Assembly: GCA_040374085.1 (NCBI GenBank)
Contig: JBEIVB010000005.1
Span: 1-62,677, forward strand
Source: Flavobacteriales bacterium
Lineage (GTDB): Bacteria; Bacteroidota; Bacteroidia; UBA4408
Length of the DNA: 62,677 nt
Direction of reading: 5' to 3'
The translations under genes and the position numbers were made by a program. Below, piece after piece: positions 9,037 to 18,247 of the stretch (position 1 is its first letter; every line of letters begins with the position of its first letter). The notes below the pieces were generated by a model. It did no database searches and was not told where the DNA came from. It was given only the letters and a program-made list of their open reading frames with translations.

Positions 9037-10071
9037 ATGGCCATAGATTTTTCACAAGCAAAGCTCACCCATCTGGCGGTTCATGCAATGGGCAATGCGG
9101 GCAACGGAGAGGGTGTAATCTTATCGGATGCGGCGCTCGATTGGGATTTGCAACTGGAAGAGGAATTGCTGAAAGCCATCTCTAAACCTTTTCGGGAGCC
9201 GGAGTTTTTTGGTTTTACAGGACAAGACGATCTTCCCATTCGCGACGCCTGTCATGGTTTCTGTATGGGTTCGTTGCCCTGGCTGCCTTTCACCATTCAA
9301 TTGGCTACTCAACTATACGAGGTCTCAACCCATCCTGCCATTCAGCCGGGAGAGGTGTTGTTTACCGCTTGGGATGGCTTGCGCGACGGTGATAGGATGT
9401 ACAAGGGTTTGGGTATAGCCAAATCGGAAAGTAAAAACGCTGTTTTGAAAGTGGCACGAGCCAAGAATGGTTTCTCCTTGCAGAGAGAAAGTGGTATTCA
9501 GGTTGAGCTGCTGGATAAGGTTGCGCTGGTTCTAATGGACATCTCCAACCACACCTTTAAGATTTGCCAGCACGATCGCCAGGCCCGGCAGCAGGATGCT
9601 CGATACTGGAAGGAGGATTTTTTGCAACTCGAGCCCCTTCAGGACGCCTTTCACCATACCCAGCGCACCCTTAGTATGACCCGTGAGTTCGTGGCTGAGC
9701 AGCTGCCCAATGATTTTCATGTGGAGAAAGCCGACCAAATCAATCTGTTGAACCGGAGTTTAGCCTATTTCAAAGAAAACGATGCATTCAACCGACAAGA
9801 GTTTGCCCAAGAGGTGCTTCAAGATGGTGCTCTAATTGAGCGCTATCAAGCATTTGAAGAGACATACAGCAAAAAGCACGAACAAGACGTGCCGGATCAG
9901 TTTGCCATTTCAGATGCGGCGGTTCGCAAGCAGTCTAGGGTGTTTAAGAGCGTGTTAAAACTCGATCGGAACTTTCATGTTTACATCCACGGCGACAGAA
10001 GCCTTATAGAGCGCGGTACAGAGCCCGATGGAAGAAAGTTTTATAAAATTTATTTTGAACAGGAGCTTTAG
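9037..10071 (+). CDS. Nucleoid-associated protein (NdpA/YejK, NA37 family)
   Basis: LAVHAMGN, HPAIQPGE, KSESK, YWKEDFL and KSVLKLDRNFHVYIHG motifs of Bacteroidota NA37 proteins. Confidence 0.85.
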   Translation: MAIDFSQAKLTHLAVHAMGNAGNGEGVILSDAALDWDLQLEEELLKAISKPFREPEFFGFTGQDDLPIRDACHGFCMGSLPWLPFTIQLATQLYEVSTHPAIQPGEVLFTAWDGLRDGDRMYKGLGIAKSESKNAVLKVARAKNGFSLQRESGIQVELLDKVALVLMDISNHTFKICQHDRQARQQDARYWKEDFLQLEPLQDAFHHTQRTLSMTREFVAEQLPNDFHVEKADQINLLNRSLAYFKENDAFNRQEFAQEVLQDGALIERYQAFEETYSKKHEQDVPDQFAISDAAVRKQSRVFKSVLKLDRNFHVYIHGDRSLIERGTEPDGRKFYKIYFEQEL

Positions 10072-10122
10072 TTATATTATTTTTGTTCTGTTTTTAGAAT
10101 CATTCATAATAAACATAATCAC

Positions 10123-10500
10123 ATGAAATTACACGAGCGGGTAAAATACTACCGCAAAATCAAAAAGTTGTCTCAAGCATCGTTGGCGGAAGCCTCAGGT
10201 CTTCCGATACAGGTGATCAGAAATATCGAAAGTGGAGAAGATGATGAGGCTGTGTTGCTTTCGGATGCAGCTCATCTGGCGCATGTACTTTCCACCACTC
10301 TCGACGCCCTGTGGCATGGCACTGAGTTTCAAACCCTCACAGACAGTTACGATCGCTTTCGTGCCATCAAGAAACTATCGTACCGCGATCAACTTGCCCT
10401 GAATACCGTGATGGATTATTTTCTGGATAATGCGATTGGAAAAGGCAAATGGAGGACTCCCGTTAAATCCCAGAAAACCAAGTCTCTACGGAAGAAATAG
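10123..10500 (+). CDS. XRE-family helix-turn-helix protein
   Basis: RVKYYRKIKKLSQASLAEASG...IRNIESG HTH_3 pattern. Confidence 0.85.
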   Translation: MKLHERVKYYRKIKKLSQASLAEASGLPIQVIRNIESGEDDEAVLLSDAAHLAHVLSTTLDALWHGTEFQTLTDSYDRFRAIKKLSYRDQLALNTVMDYFLDNAIGKGKWRTPVKSQKTKSLRKK

Positions 10501-10502
10501 TC

Positions 10503-10523
10503 AAAAGGCGTCGCTGCCTTTTT
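10503..10523 (+). terminator. Intrinsic terminator after the XRE gene (possibly bidirectional)
   Basis: AAAAGGC-gtcgct-GCCTTTTT hairpin directly after the stop. Confidence 0.6.
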
Positions 10524-10543
10524 AAAACTTGGTATTTTCGCAC

Positions 10544-11470
10544 ATGCGAAAACCGGTTATATGCATTGGCGCGGCGTTGGTAGATGAATTGCTGCATGCC
10601 ACAGAGACCATTCTATTGCGCACCACAACCCCTGTGTTGCCTACCAAAACTCCCGGCGGTGTAAGCCGCAACATTGCGCATCAATTGGCTTTGTTGGGCC
10701 TTCCGGTTCAACTGGTTTCTGCCTTTGGAAAAGATGCAGATGGAGAATGGCTCAAGCAATCTTGCCTTGAAGTTGGCATTCAATTGGATGGGGTTGTGGA
10801 TTTTGACGCACCCACCGGAAAATACACCGGAGTTTTAGCACCCGACGGATCTCTGTTTGCAGCTTTTCTGGGCAATTCGCTTACCGAGCTCATTTCTCCA
10901 GAACATCTGGAATCTCGGCGCGACTTGTTAAACACCGCTTCTTTTTTGCTGTTGGATACCAATTTATCGGCTGAGGCCATGGGTTGGTTGTTGGCCTTTT
11001 CCAGGGCCACATCCATTCCTTTGGTTATAGAACCTGTTTCGGTAGCACCTGCACGGAAATTGAAGGGGTTGGACTTGAGCGGCTTGTATTTGATAACGCC
11101 CAATGAGGATGAGTTGCCTGCTTTGCTCGATTCGCCCAAGGAAGGAACCGAGGCTCAGGTAAATGCCTTGTTGGCTGCCGGTGTTCAAAACATCTGGCTG
11201 CATCAGGGGGCAGAGGGTTCCACATTTGTGAGTGCCAAAGAGCATTTGAAACTGGGTGCGCCCAGCATAGAGGTGGTGGATTGTACCGGTGCAGGCGATT
11301 CTTCTGTTGCTGCATTTTTAATGGCCAAATACCGTGGCCTCGATAATTTAAGTGGACTGAAGCGTGCCCACAGCCTTGCGGCAGATGTCATTCAAGTCAA
11401 GGGCGCTGTTGTTCCGGGCATGAATGCAGAACGTTTGGAACGAAACGTTGTAAAATATTTTCCTGCATGA
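10544..11470 (+). CDS. psuK: PfkB-family kinase, probable pseudouridine kinase
   Basis: PGGVSRNIA, TPNEDE and DCTGAGD motifs; overlaps psuG by ATGA. Confidence 0.8.
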   Translation: MRKPVICIGAALVDELLHATETILLRTTTPVLPTKTPGGVSRNIAHQLALLGLPVQLVSAFGKDADGEWLKQSCLEVGIQLDGVVDFDAPTGKYTGVLAPDGSLFAAFLGNSLTELISPEHLESRRDLLNTASFLLLDTNLSAEAMGWLLAFSRATSIPLVIEPVSVAPARKLKGLDLSGLYLITPNEDELPALLDSPKEGTEAQVNALLAAGVQNIWLHQGAEGSTFVSAKEHLKLGAPSIEVVDCTGAGDSSVAAFLMAKYRGLDNLSGLKRAHSLAADVIQVKGAVVPGMNAERLERNVVKYFPA

Positions 11471-12396
11471 AGTCTTCGTGGTTGCGCATTCTGCCCGAAG
11501 TGGCAGATGCTATGCAGGCAGGTGATCCGGTGGTTGCATTGGAAAGCACCATCATCTCGCACGGAATGCCCTTTCCGCAAAATGTGGAAACCGCCCGACA
11601 GGTTGAAACGATGGTGCGCAAAGGCGGTGCCGTGCCGGCTACCATTGCCATTGTGGACGGCATTTGCCGCATTGGCCTCGATGAAGATGCATTGGAGCAG
11701 TTTGGTAAAACCAAAGGAATATGGAAGGTGAGCGTGCGGGATATTCCTTTCGTTACAAGTAAAAAGCTATGGGGAGCAACCACGGTAGCCTCCACGATGT
11801 GGTTGGCTGCACAAGCAGGCATACGCACCTTTGTTACCGGAGGCATTGGTGGAGTGCATCGTGGGGCGGAACACAGCATGGATGTTTCCGCCGATCTTAC
11901 CGAGCTGGGTAGGACCAATGTGGCAGTGGTTTCGGCCGGCGTGAAGTCCATTTTGGATGTAGGGCTCACACTGGAGGTTTTGGAAACCTTGGGCGTACCG
12001 GTGGTGGGATATGGGCAGGATGAATTCCCGAGTTTCTATTCCAGAAACAGCGGTTTTTTAGCTCCTCATCGACTGAACGATGCAGCTTCGGTTGCTGCAC
12101 TCATGATGGAGAAATGGAGCATGGGCTTACACGGAGGCGTGCTCGTAGCAAATCCCATTCCACAGGCTCAAGAAATACCTTATGAAGTTATGGAAACCCA
12201 CATTTCCGCAGCACTTAAATTGGCGGATACGAACAACATAAAGGGTAAAGACATTACACCCTTTTTGTTGTCTAAATTGGGGGAAATAACGTCTGGATTA
12301 AGTTTGGAAAGTAACATTGCATTGGTTTTGAACAACGCATCTTTAGGTGCCGAAATCGCCCTAGCCTACAGCCAACATCTAAGGGATAGGAATTAA
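11467..12396 (+). CDS. psuG: Pseudouridine-5'-phosphate glycosidase
   Basis: VALESTIISHGMP, GATTVA, TGGIGGVHRG, DVSADL, GVKSILD, ITPFLL. Confidence 0.96.
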   Translation: MKSSWLRILPEVADAMQAGDPVVALESTIISHGMPFPQNVETARQVETMVRKGGAVPATIAIVDGICRIGLDEDALEQFGKTKGIWKVSVRDIPFVTSKKLWGATTVASTMWLAAQAGIRTFVTGGIGGVHRGAEHSMDVSADLTELGRTNVAVVSAGVKSILDVGLTLEVLETLGVPVVGYGQDEFPSFYSRNSGFLAPHRLNDAASVAALMMEKWSMGLHGGVLVANPIPQAQEIPYEVMETHISAALKLADTNNIKGKDITPFLLSKLGEITSGLSLESNIALVLNNASLGAEIALAYSQHLRDRN

Positions 12397-12681
12397 CTCT
12401 TCCGTTCTTGATTTCCAGCAGCGGTCTTTATGAATCAAGCATCCAATTCCGGTGCAGTTTTGCATCGTAATGAAAAGTTGTTGAGACTGTTGGTGCTGGT
12501 AACCGTAACCTCGTGGCCAAAGTAGTTTAAAGTGCGCCTTTACTGCATTCCTGAAGTTGGTTCTCAAACTGATTTGTCATGCAGGCAGTGGGCGTTCGCA
12601 ATTCATGCGAAAGCAGAGAGGTAAATTCTTGTTGCTGATGATGGGCATACTCCAAAGCCAACAACTGCAAAAGAACTCTAC

Positions 12682-13359
12682 CTACATGTGTTCGGTAATC
12701 CAAGCACAGAATACGGTGTCAAAGGCATGCCATTCTTGTTCGCCCTTGAGGTTTTTACGCCACCATTGCGCCATCCACCATTTACTTTTGCGTTTCACGA
12801 GATGCAAGCCCCAAGTACTCCGCTTGTATGGCTCGGAAAGAAAGGCGGACGGAGGCAACAAGGTATCCGACTCCTGAACCTGGGCCATCCAAAGGGAATC
12901 TGCCGGCTGGAAAGCCCACCATTGGGGCAATTCCCGATCGGTAGGCTTTGGTTTTCCGGGATTCCCAATTTCCAAAATGGTGTGGTTATAGGTCCACACA
13001 GGTTTGGTTTCCTTCAATCGCAAGAGCCGGAAGAAGGGCTTTTTGCGTTTGTCTTCTGAGAAGGAAAACACCTCCAATTGTGCTGCCGGAAGAGCAACCC
13101 GCTGGCTGCCGTCTTCGTCGCACAACCATAGGGTGTCGCTCGCTGAGAGGGTTGGCCAGTTCCAGGTGCCCAATACCAGTTGATGGTCGGCTACAAACAC
13201 TCCGGGTGTAGGTTGTGGGTTGTGCTTCCTGCCCACGTGAACCCAAACCATGGCGTTTGTGGGAGCCGTCTGACGGATTTGTTCGCCCACAAGCAAGGTT
13301 GTTTCAGGCAGCTGAAAGGCTGCAAAAAGTACGAAGCAAGAGGTCCAAATCCATTTCAT
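12682..13359 (-). CDS. Hypothetical Trp-rich secreted protein
   Basis: 225-aa ORF from ATG 13359 with a signal-like N-terminus; 17 Trp; no family recognised. Confidence 0.65.
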   Translation of the reverse strand: MKWIWTSCFVLFAAFQLPETTLLVGEQIRQTAPTNAMVWVHVGRKHNPQPTPGVFVADHQLVLGTWNWPTLSASDTLWLCDEDGSQRVALPAAQLEVFSFSEDKRKKPFFRLLRLKETKPVWTYNHTILEIGNPGKPKPTDRELPQWWAFQPADSLWMAQVQESDTLLPPSAFLSEPYKRSTWGLHLVKRKSKWWMAQWWRKNLKGEQEWHAFDTVFCAWITEHM

Positions 13360-13450
13360 GGCTCGAAGGTCATGCAACCATGTTAAGGCGGTATAACTAG
13401 AAGGTAAAGAATTGGTTAACCTGCCTTTGAAAAATGGACTCACAAGGCAG

Positions 13451-13472
13451 AAAAAAACCCGCCGAAGCGGGT
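13451..13472 (-). terminator. Intrinsic terminator after THX
   Basis: Minus strand ACCCGC-TTCG-GCGGGT plus T-tract (cUUCGg tetraloop). Confidence 0.85.
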
Positions 13473-13478
13473 GAAGGA

Positions 13479-13643
13479 TTATGCTGTTTTCTTTCGGGTT
13501 GTGCGGCCTTTCGGCGGAGTTTTATCTCCTTGTACAAGGGCAGTGTTGTGCACCGAAACGTTTTGTTTACGGGCTTTTCTGCGTACGCCGAAAGATCCCA
13601 AAATGCGCTTTCCTTTCTTTGATTTTACGTCACCTTTTCCCAT
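13479..13643 (-). CDS. 30S ribosomal protein THX
   Basis: MGKGDVKSKKGKRILGSFGVRR is the THX signature; own promoter motif and terminator. Confidence 0.88.
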   Translation of the reverse strand: MGKGDVKSKKGKRILGSFGVRRKARKQNVSVHNTALVQGDKTPPKGRTTRKKTA

Positions 13644-14640
13644 GGTTGTGAATGTTTGGAACAAATATATCAATTGATGCGGATGGTTTCCACTTTTTTG
13701 CACCATTCAAAAGGGTGGTGTCGGTGAGGCTGTTTAGGAAAGCCTCTAGGTCATCGATTTCAGTTGCTGTTAACCCCAATGGATGCACCAGGCTGTCGCG
13801 GCCTAAGGCTTGCGGAACAAGGCGGCTGGGGTTGTTGTAATGCTCGAGTACGGCCCTTAAGTTGGGCAAGCGCCCGTTGTGCATGTAGGGTGCGGTTAGG
13901 GCCACGTTGCGCAAGCCGGGAACTTTGAATCGGCCTTTGTCGTGTGTCATTTTGGTTATCGCGCCTCGGCCTTCGTCGTTCCATGTGCGCCCATCGTATA
14001 GGCCAATGTTGCGGAACTCGTCGTTGGTAAAGTCAAGGCCCGAATGGCAATCGAAGCACTGTGCTTTGCCGGTGAACAACTCTCTTCCACGCTTTGCTGC
14101 ATCGCTCACAGCTTGTTCGTTGCCCTTGGCAAAGGCATCCCATGGGGCGCTTCCGGTTTCTAAGGTGGAAACGTATGCTGCCAAGGCTTCGAGAAGATGC
14201 TCGCGGCTCGGATTTTTCCCATACACCGCGCGGAATGCCCGCCGGTAATATGCAGAGCCCCGCAAACGCTTCACCGCCTGATGAAGGGGAAGGTTCATCT
14301 CCACAGAATTCTCAATGGGGCCCGCAGCCTGCTCCGACAAAGTGCTTGCCCGGCCATCGTGAAAAAACGCAGATCGAGAAGCCTGGTTCATGGCACTGGG
14401 TGTGTTGCGCGTTCCGGTTTTTCCCTGCACCCCCTTGCTCAGCGCAAGGCTGTCTGCAAAGGCAAATTCGGGCCGGTGACACGACGCACAAGAAACGCTG
14501 GAATCTGAGCTGAGGATGGGATCGAAAAAAAGACGCTTTCCCAATTCCGCCCTCTGCGTCGCAGGTTCAGGGTTAGAGGGTACCACTGCAGATGCTCCGG
14601 TTAAGACTAGGCCCAACCAAAAGACAACAATCGGCTTCAA
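13630..14640 (-). CDS. Di-heme cytochrome c peroxidase/MauG family protein
   Basis: LFFDPILS, CASCH, RNTPS, CFDCH, FKVPGLRNVALTAPYMHNG; signal peptide; TTG start abutting the apaG stop. Confidence 0.92.
   Translation of the reverse strand: MKPIVVFWLGLVLTGASAVVPSNPEPATQRAELGKRLFFDPILSSDSSVSCASCHRPEFAFADSLALSKGVQGKTGTRNTPSAMNQASRSAFFHDGRASTLSEQAAGPIENSVEMNLPLHQAVKRLRGSAYYRRAFRAVYGKNPSREHLLEALAAYVSTLETGSAPWDAFAKGNEQAVSDAAKRGRELFTGKAQCFDCHSGLDFTNDEFRNIGLYDGRTWNDEGRGAITKMTHDKGRFKVPGLRNVALTAPYMHNGRLPNLRAVLEHYNNPSRLVPQALGRDSLVHPLGLTATEIDDLEAFLNSLTDTTLLNGAKKWKPSASIDIFVPNIHNHGKR
13662..13669 (-). promoter_or_regulatory. -7 promoter element TATATTTG for THX, inside the 3' end of the peroxidase gene
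   Basis: TAnnTTTG 18 nt upstream of ATG 13643. Confidence 0.65.
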
Positions 14641-15033
14641 TCAATTCAATTTTAACGGCGCCACCAAGTGGAAGGTGGGAATCTTCACCTCAAAGAGTGC
14701 CCCATCGCCTAAACGCTTGAACAAGTAGGTGCCCCTCATTCGACCCAATTCGGAATGCAGATTGCATGCAGATTCATAAGCATAGGCCTGACCGGGTTCC
14801 AAAACAGGCTGCTCACCCACCACACCCGCACCCTCAACTTCAGATGGCCCCGTTATGGAATCAAAGATGTGCCAGTGCCGCCTGAGCAACTGAACGGGCT
14901 CATCGGTGGTATTTTGGATGTGAATCCGATACGAAAACATGAAATGATGAAACTTTGGTTTCGAGAAATCGCCCCGATAATAGTTCTCTACCCGAACCAA
15001 AATGCCGTTGCTAACTACCTGTTCCATTCCCAT
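14641..15033 (-). CDS. apaG: ApaG protein
   Basis: VQLLRRHWHI, VEGAGVVGEQP and GRMRGTY motifs. Confidence 0.95.
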   Translation of the reverse strand: MGMEQVVSNGILVRVENYYRGDFSKPKFHHFMFSYRIHIQNTTDEPVQLLRRHWHIFDSITGPSEVEGAGVVGEQPVLEPGQAYAYESACNLHSELGRMRGTYLFKRLGDGALFEVKIPTFHLVAPLKLN

Positions 15034-15095
15034 GTTTCAGAATTTTGTGGTCACTAAGGTGAAGAAAAAGGTTTGGCTGTGGAAATCTGTGCCGC

Positions 15096-16397
15096 TTAAT
15101 TGGTTTGATTTACTGAAAACTTGGTGCGATGTAAGCCCTGCTGTACCAAATAAATGCCGCAGGCAAGGCCTGAGGTGGAAAACAAACGGGTACCTCCCTG
15201 AAGGGTCATAACCAATTGTCCGGAAGTACTCAAAATCTGAATTGGAGTTTGCTCCTCAGTAGATATCTTAAAAAGACCCGGTTCCGTTTCATACAAGCCC
15301 CAAATGGATGCAGGTGGGGCAGCTAAACCGGTTGTGCCCGCAAGAACCTGACGGTTGAGTGCCTGAGTGTAGCAATAGTTTTTTGCCAACAGAGAAACGT
15401 TGTAGGTGCCCGGAGCCGAGTATTGGTGAATGGGCGAAACATCTGTGGAAAACTGACCATCGCCGAAAGCCCACGTGTAGTCGTTTGCGCCATTGGTTAG
15501 ATTCTGAAATTCAAAGCTCAAAGGCCCCAGTTGGTTTACCTGAAAGTCTACCATGATGCTGTCTTCGTCGCCCATAAAACTGGCGGCCTGCAAAAACACA
15601 CCCGAGTCGAATATGCCATCTCCGGCATCGGCTATGGCAATTTTAAAATGGTAAACGGTGTTGGGGGTAACCGGTGTAAAAATCTGAAGGGGATTCAAGT
15701 ACCCATCGTATTCCAGAACCTGCCCAACGGGGTTCTCGTTGTCGTTGTAAAAGGTGCTGTTGTCGTTTTGGTTTACGGAATTGATGGAGACTACGGTATT
15801 GGTGCCCGGCAAGGTGGCGAGGTTAATGGGTGTTCCACCCTGAGGCGTTATGAAAAAGCCAAACACATCGTTGAACGAAGACCCCACAAATTCCGGATAC
15901 TCCTCAGAACCAAAAACATATTGAAACCCGAGCAGGGTGTCGGCATACGGAATGAAATCAAACTCCAGAACGGATGCATCGTAGGTGTAGTACCCGGGTA
16001 TGAGGGTGTTGAGAAGGCTATCGCCCGGCAGCGCATTGTTTTGCCCCATGGCACCGTTTGTATTTGGTCCGGGGGCGTTTGCTATGCTTCCGGTGGTCAT
16101 AAGCAAACCGTTGTTAAAACCCATTGCCCCGGTGGAATCGGAAAAGTGGCCAATGGCCGGGCTGCTGCCGCCAACCTGAACGTTGGAAACCTGCACGCAA
16201 CTGCCAAAAAGGTGATCGCTGATGAACTGTGCCAAGTTGGGGATGGTATCCACCTGAAACTGGCTGGTGCTGTTGCCGTGAGGAAATGGAATGGCGCTTT
16301 TGGCCCCGGACACGCGTGGTGGAAACACTTTGCCTCCACCTGCCCAAGCAGAGGTAGACACGATTGCACTGAGCAATAGGGTGGAGAGAAATTTCAT
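15096..16397 (-). CDS. Choice-of-anchor L domain protein with PKD domain and T9SS-like CTD
   Basis: YVFGSEEYPEFVGSSFNDVFGFFI and IADAGDGIFDSGVF; WAFGDG..HQYSAPGTYNVSL PKD; LACGIYL CTD; signal peptide. Confidence 0.85.
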   Translation of the reverse strand: MKFLSTLLLSAIVSTSAWAGGGKVFPPRVSGAKSAIPFPHGNSTSQFQVDTIPNLAQFISDHLFGSCVQVSNVQVGGSSPAIGHFSDSTGAMGFNNGLLMTTGSIANAPGPNTNGAMGQNNALPGDSLLNTLIPGYYTYDASVLEFDFIPYADTLLGFQYVFGSEEYPEFVGSSFNDVFGFFITPQGGTPINLATLPGTNTVVSINSVNQNDNSTFYNDNENPVGQVLEYDGYLNPLQIFTPVTPNTVYHFKIAIADAGDGIFDSGVFLQAASFMGDEDSIMVDFQVNQLGPLSFEFQNLTNGANDYTWAFGDGQFSTDVSPIHQYSAPGTYNVSLLAKNYCYTQALNRQVLAGTTGLAAPPASIWGLYETEPGLFKISTEEQTPIQILSTSGQLVMTLQGGTRLFSTSGLACGIYLVQQGLHRTKFSVNQTN

Positions 16398-16428
16398 GGC
16401 TTGTGTGTTGTTTAGGTAAAAGTAAACA

Positions 16429-18243
16429 TTATTCACCGACTTCGTTGCTCTTTAAGAAATCGAATACTTTTTTTGCCTTGGCCTGCCCTATGATGGCGGC
16501 CAGCTCTTCGAGGGTAGCGGCTTTGATGCGCGCCACCGATCCCAACGCCCGCAAGAGGGCCTGAGCGCTCTTGTCGCTGATGCCGTTGATGCGGGTGAGC
16601 TCGGTGTGCAGGGTGGCGTTGTCGCGGCGGGTGCGGTGGTGGGTGATGCCAAACCGATGGGCTTCGTCGCGAATCTGCTGCAGGATGCGTAGGGTCTCAC
16701 TTTTCTTATCCAGATACAAAGGCAGGGAATCTCCGGGGTAGTAGATTTCCTCCAGGCGTTTGGCAATGCCTATGATGCCCACTTTGCCCCGCAAGCCAAG
16801 TTGCTCTAGGCTCTCGAGAGCAGCACTCAGCTGGCCTTTGCCCCCATCAATGACGATGAGATCGGGTAAGGGCTGCTGCTCTTCCAACACGCGCTGGTAT
16901 CGCCTCAAAATAACTTCCCGCATGGTGGCAAAGTCATCGGGGCCGATAACGGTTTTTACATTGAAGTGGCGATAGTCTTTCTTGCTGGGCTTGCCGTCCA
17001 CAAAAACCGTCATAGCCGAAACCGCATGGTTGCCGTGCATGTTGGAGTTGTCGAAGCACTCCATTCTCCTGGGTTGGGCGGTAAGCCTTAGGTCGCGCTG
17101 CATCTGGTTCATGATGCGCTCGGTGTGGGCCTCGGGATTGGTGAGGGCAAGCTGCTTCTGACGATCGCGCCGGTATTGGTCTGCATTTTTTTGGGACAAA
17201 TCCAGCAGCTTCTTTTTATCTCCGCGCTGCGGAACCGTTACCTCACAACCGGGAATGGGATAAGGCAAGGGAAAGGGCAACAACAGTTCCGGTGCCTTGC
17301 TCGAAAAACGCTGGCGCATAGACATTACCGCAAAGGTTAGGAGTTCGTCCGGACTCTCGTCGAGGCGCTTCCGCAGCTCCACGGTTTGCACATGCACCAC
17401 AGTGCCTTCTACAACCTGCAGGTAATTTACGTAGGCCGATTCTCCATCCTCCGCCAAAGCCAACACATCTACATTGGAAACGGTGGGGCTTACTACAGCA
17501 GATCTGCTTTGGTATTTCTCGAGGAGCTCCATGCGGGTTTTTATAAAATGGGCGCGTTCAAATTCCAGTTCCTCGGCAGCTTGATTCATCTGCTCTTTCA
17601 AATTGCGCAACACCTGCGCCAAGTGACCCGAGAGGATGTTGCGGATGTGAAGTATGTTGCGGTCGTACTCGGCTTCGGTTTGCCGGTTTTCGCATGGCCC
17701 CAAGCAGTTTTTGATGTGGTATTCCAAACACACCTTGTATTTTCCATTGGTTATATTTTGTGGGGTAAGGGAAAAGGTACAGGTGCGCAGTGGAAACAAC
17801 TGTTTAATGAGATCCAACAGGGCATACATGGTGGGCACAGAGGCATAAGGCCCATAGTAGACAGAGCCATCGCGTATTACCCTCCGGGTGGGAAGTACCC
17901 TCGGGAAGGCTTCGTTGGTGATGCAAATCCAAGGGTAGGATTTATCGTCTTTTAGGTTGATGTTGAACCTGGGCTGATGTTGCTTGATGAGGCTGCTCTC
18001 GAGCAGGAGGGCATCGGTTTCGGTGTCTACTACGGTAAACTCAATGCGCTTTATGGCTTTTACCAGCAGGCGTGTCTTAGTGCTGTCGAGGTGGTCGCGG
18101 TTGAAGTAGGAGTGCACCCTTTTGCGCAGGTTTTTGGCTTTGCCCACGTAGATAATGGTTCCTTTCTCATCGAAGTACTGGTACACGCCCGGTTGTTCGG
18201 GCAGGGTTTTCAATACGGCTTCGAGCGGTGTAGCAGGGTTCAC
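16429..18243 (-). CDS. uvrC: Excinuclease ABC subunit C
   Basis: GIY-YIG (PGVY..IYVGKAKNL), ECFDNS, IDGGKGQ, RDEAHRF, C-terminal HhH. Confidence 0.97.
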   Translation of the reverse strand: MNPATPLEAVLKTLPEQPGVYQYFDEKGTIIYVGKAKNLRKRVHSYFNRDHLDSTKTRLLVKAIKRIEFTVVDTETDALLLESSLIKQHQPRFNINLKDDKSYPWICITNEAFPRVLPTRRVIRDGSVYYGPYASVPTMYALLDLIKQLFPLRTCTFSLTPQNITNGKYKVCLEYHIKNCLGPCENRQTEAEYDRNILHIRNILSGHLAQVLRNLKEQMNQAAEELEFERAHFIKTRMELLEKYQSRSAVVSPTVSNVDVLALAEDGESAYVNYLQVVEGTVVHVQTVELRKRLDESPDELLTFAVMSMRQRFSSKAPELLLPFPLPYPIPGCEVTVPQRGDKKKLLDLSQKNADQYRRDRQKQLALTNPEAHTERIMNQMQRDLRLTAQPRRMECFDNSNMHGNHAVSAMTVFVDGKPSKKDYRHFNVKTVIGPDDFATMREVILRRYQRVLEEQQPLPDLIVIDGGKGQLSAALESLEQLGLRGKVGIIGIAKRLEEIYYPGDSLPLYLDKKSETLRILQQIRDEAHRFGITHHRTRRDNATLHTELTRINGISDKSAQALLRALGSVARIKAATLEELAAIIGQAKAKKVFDFLKSNEVGE

Positions 18244-18247
18244 GTGG

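Noticed and set aside
12397-12681. Short ORFs in the psuG-orphan convergent gap
   Set aside because: No recognisable domain, repeat or strong hairpin
15531-16379. Long antisense ORF (282 aa), and similar ones such as 48693-49382 and 55020-55760
   Set aside because: Antisense shadows of well-supported genes
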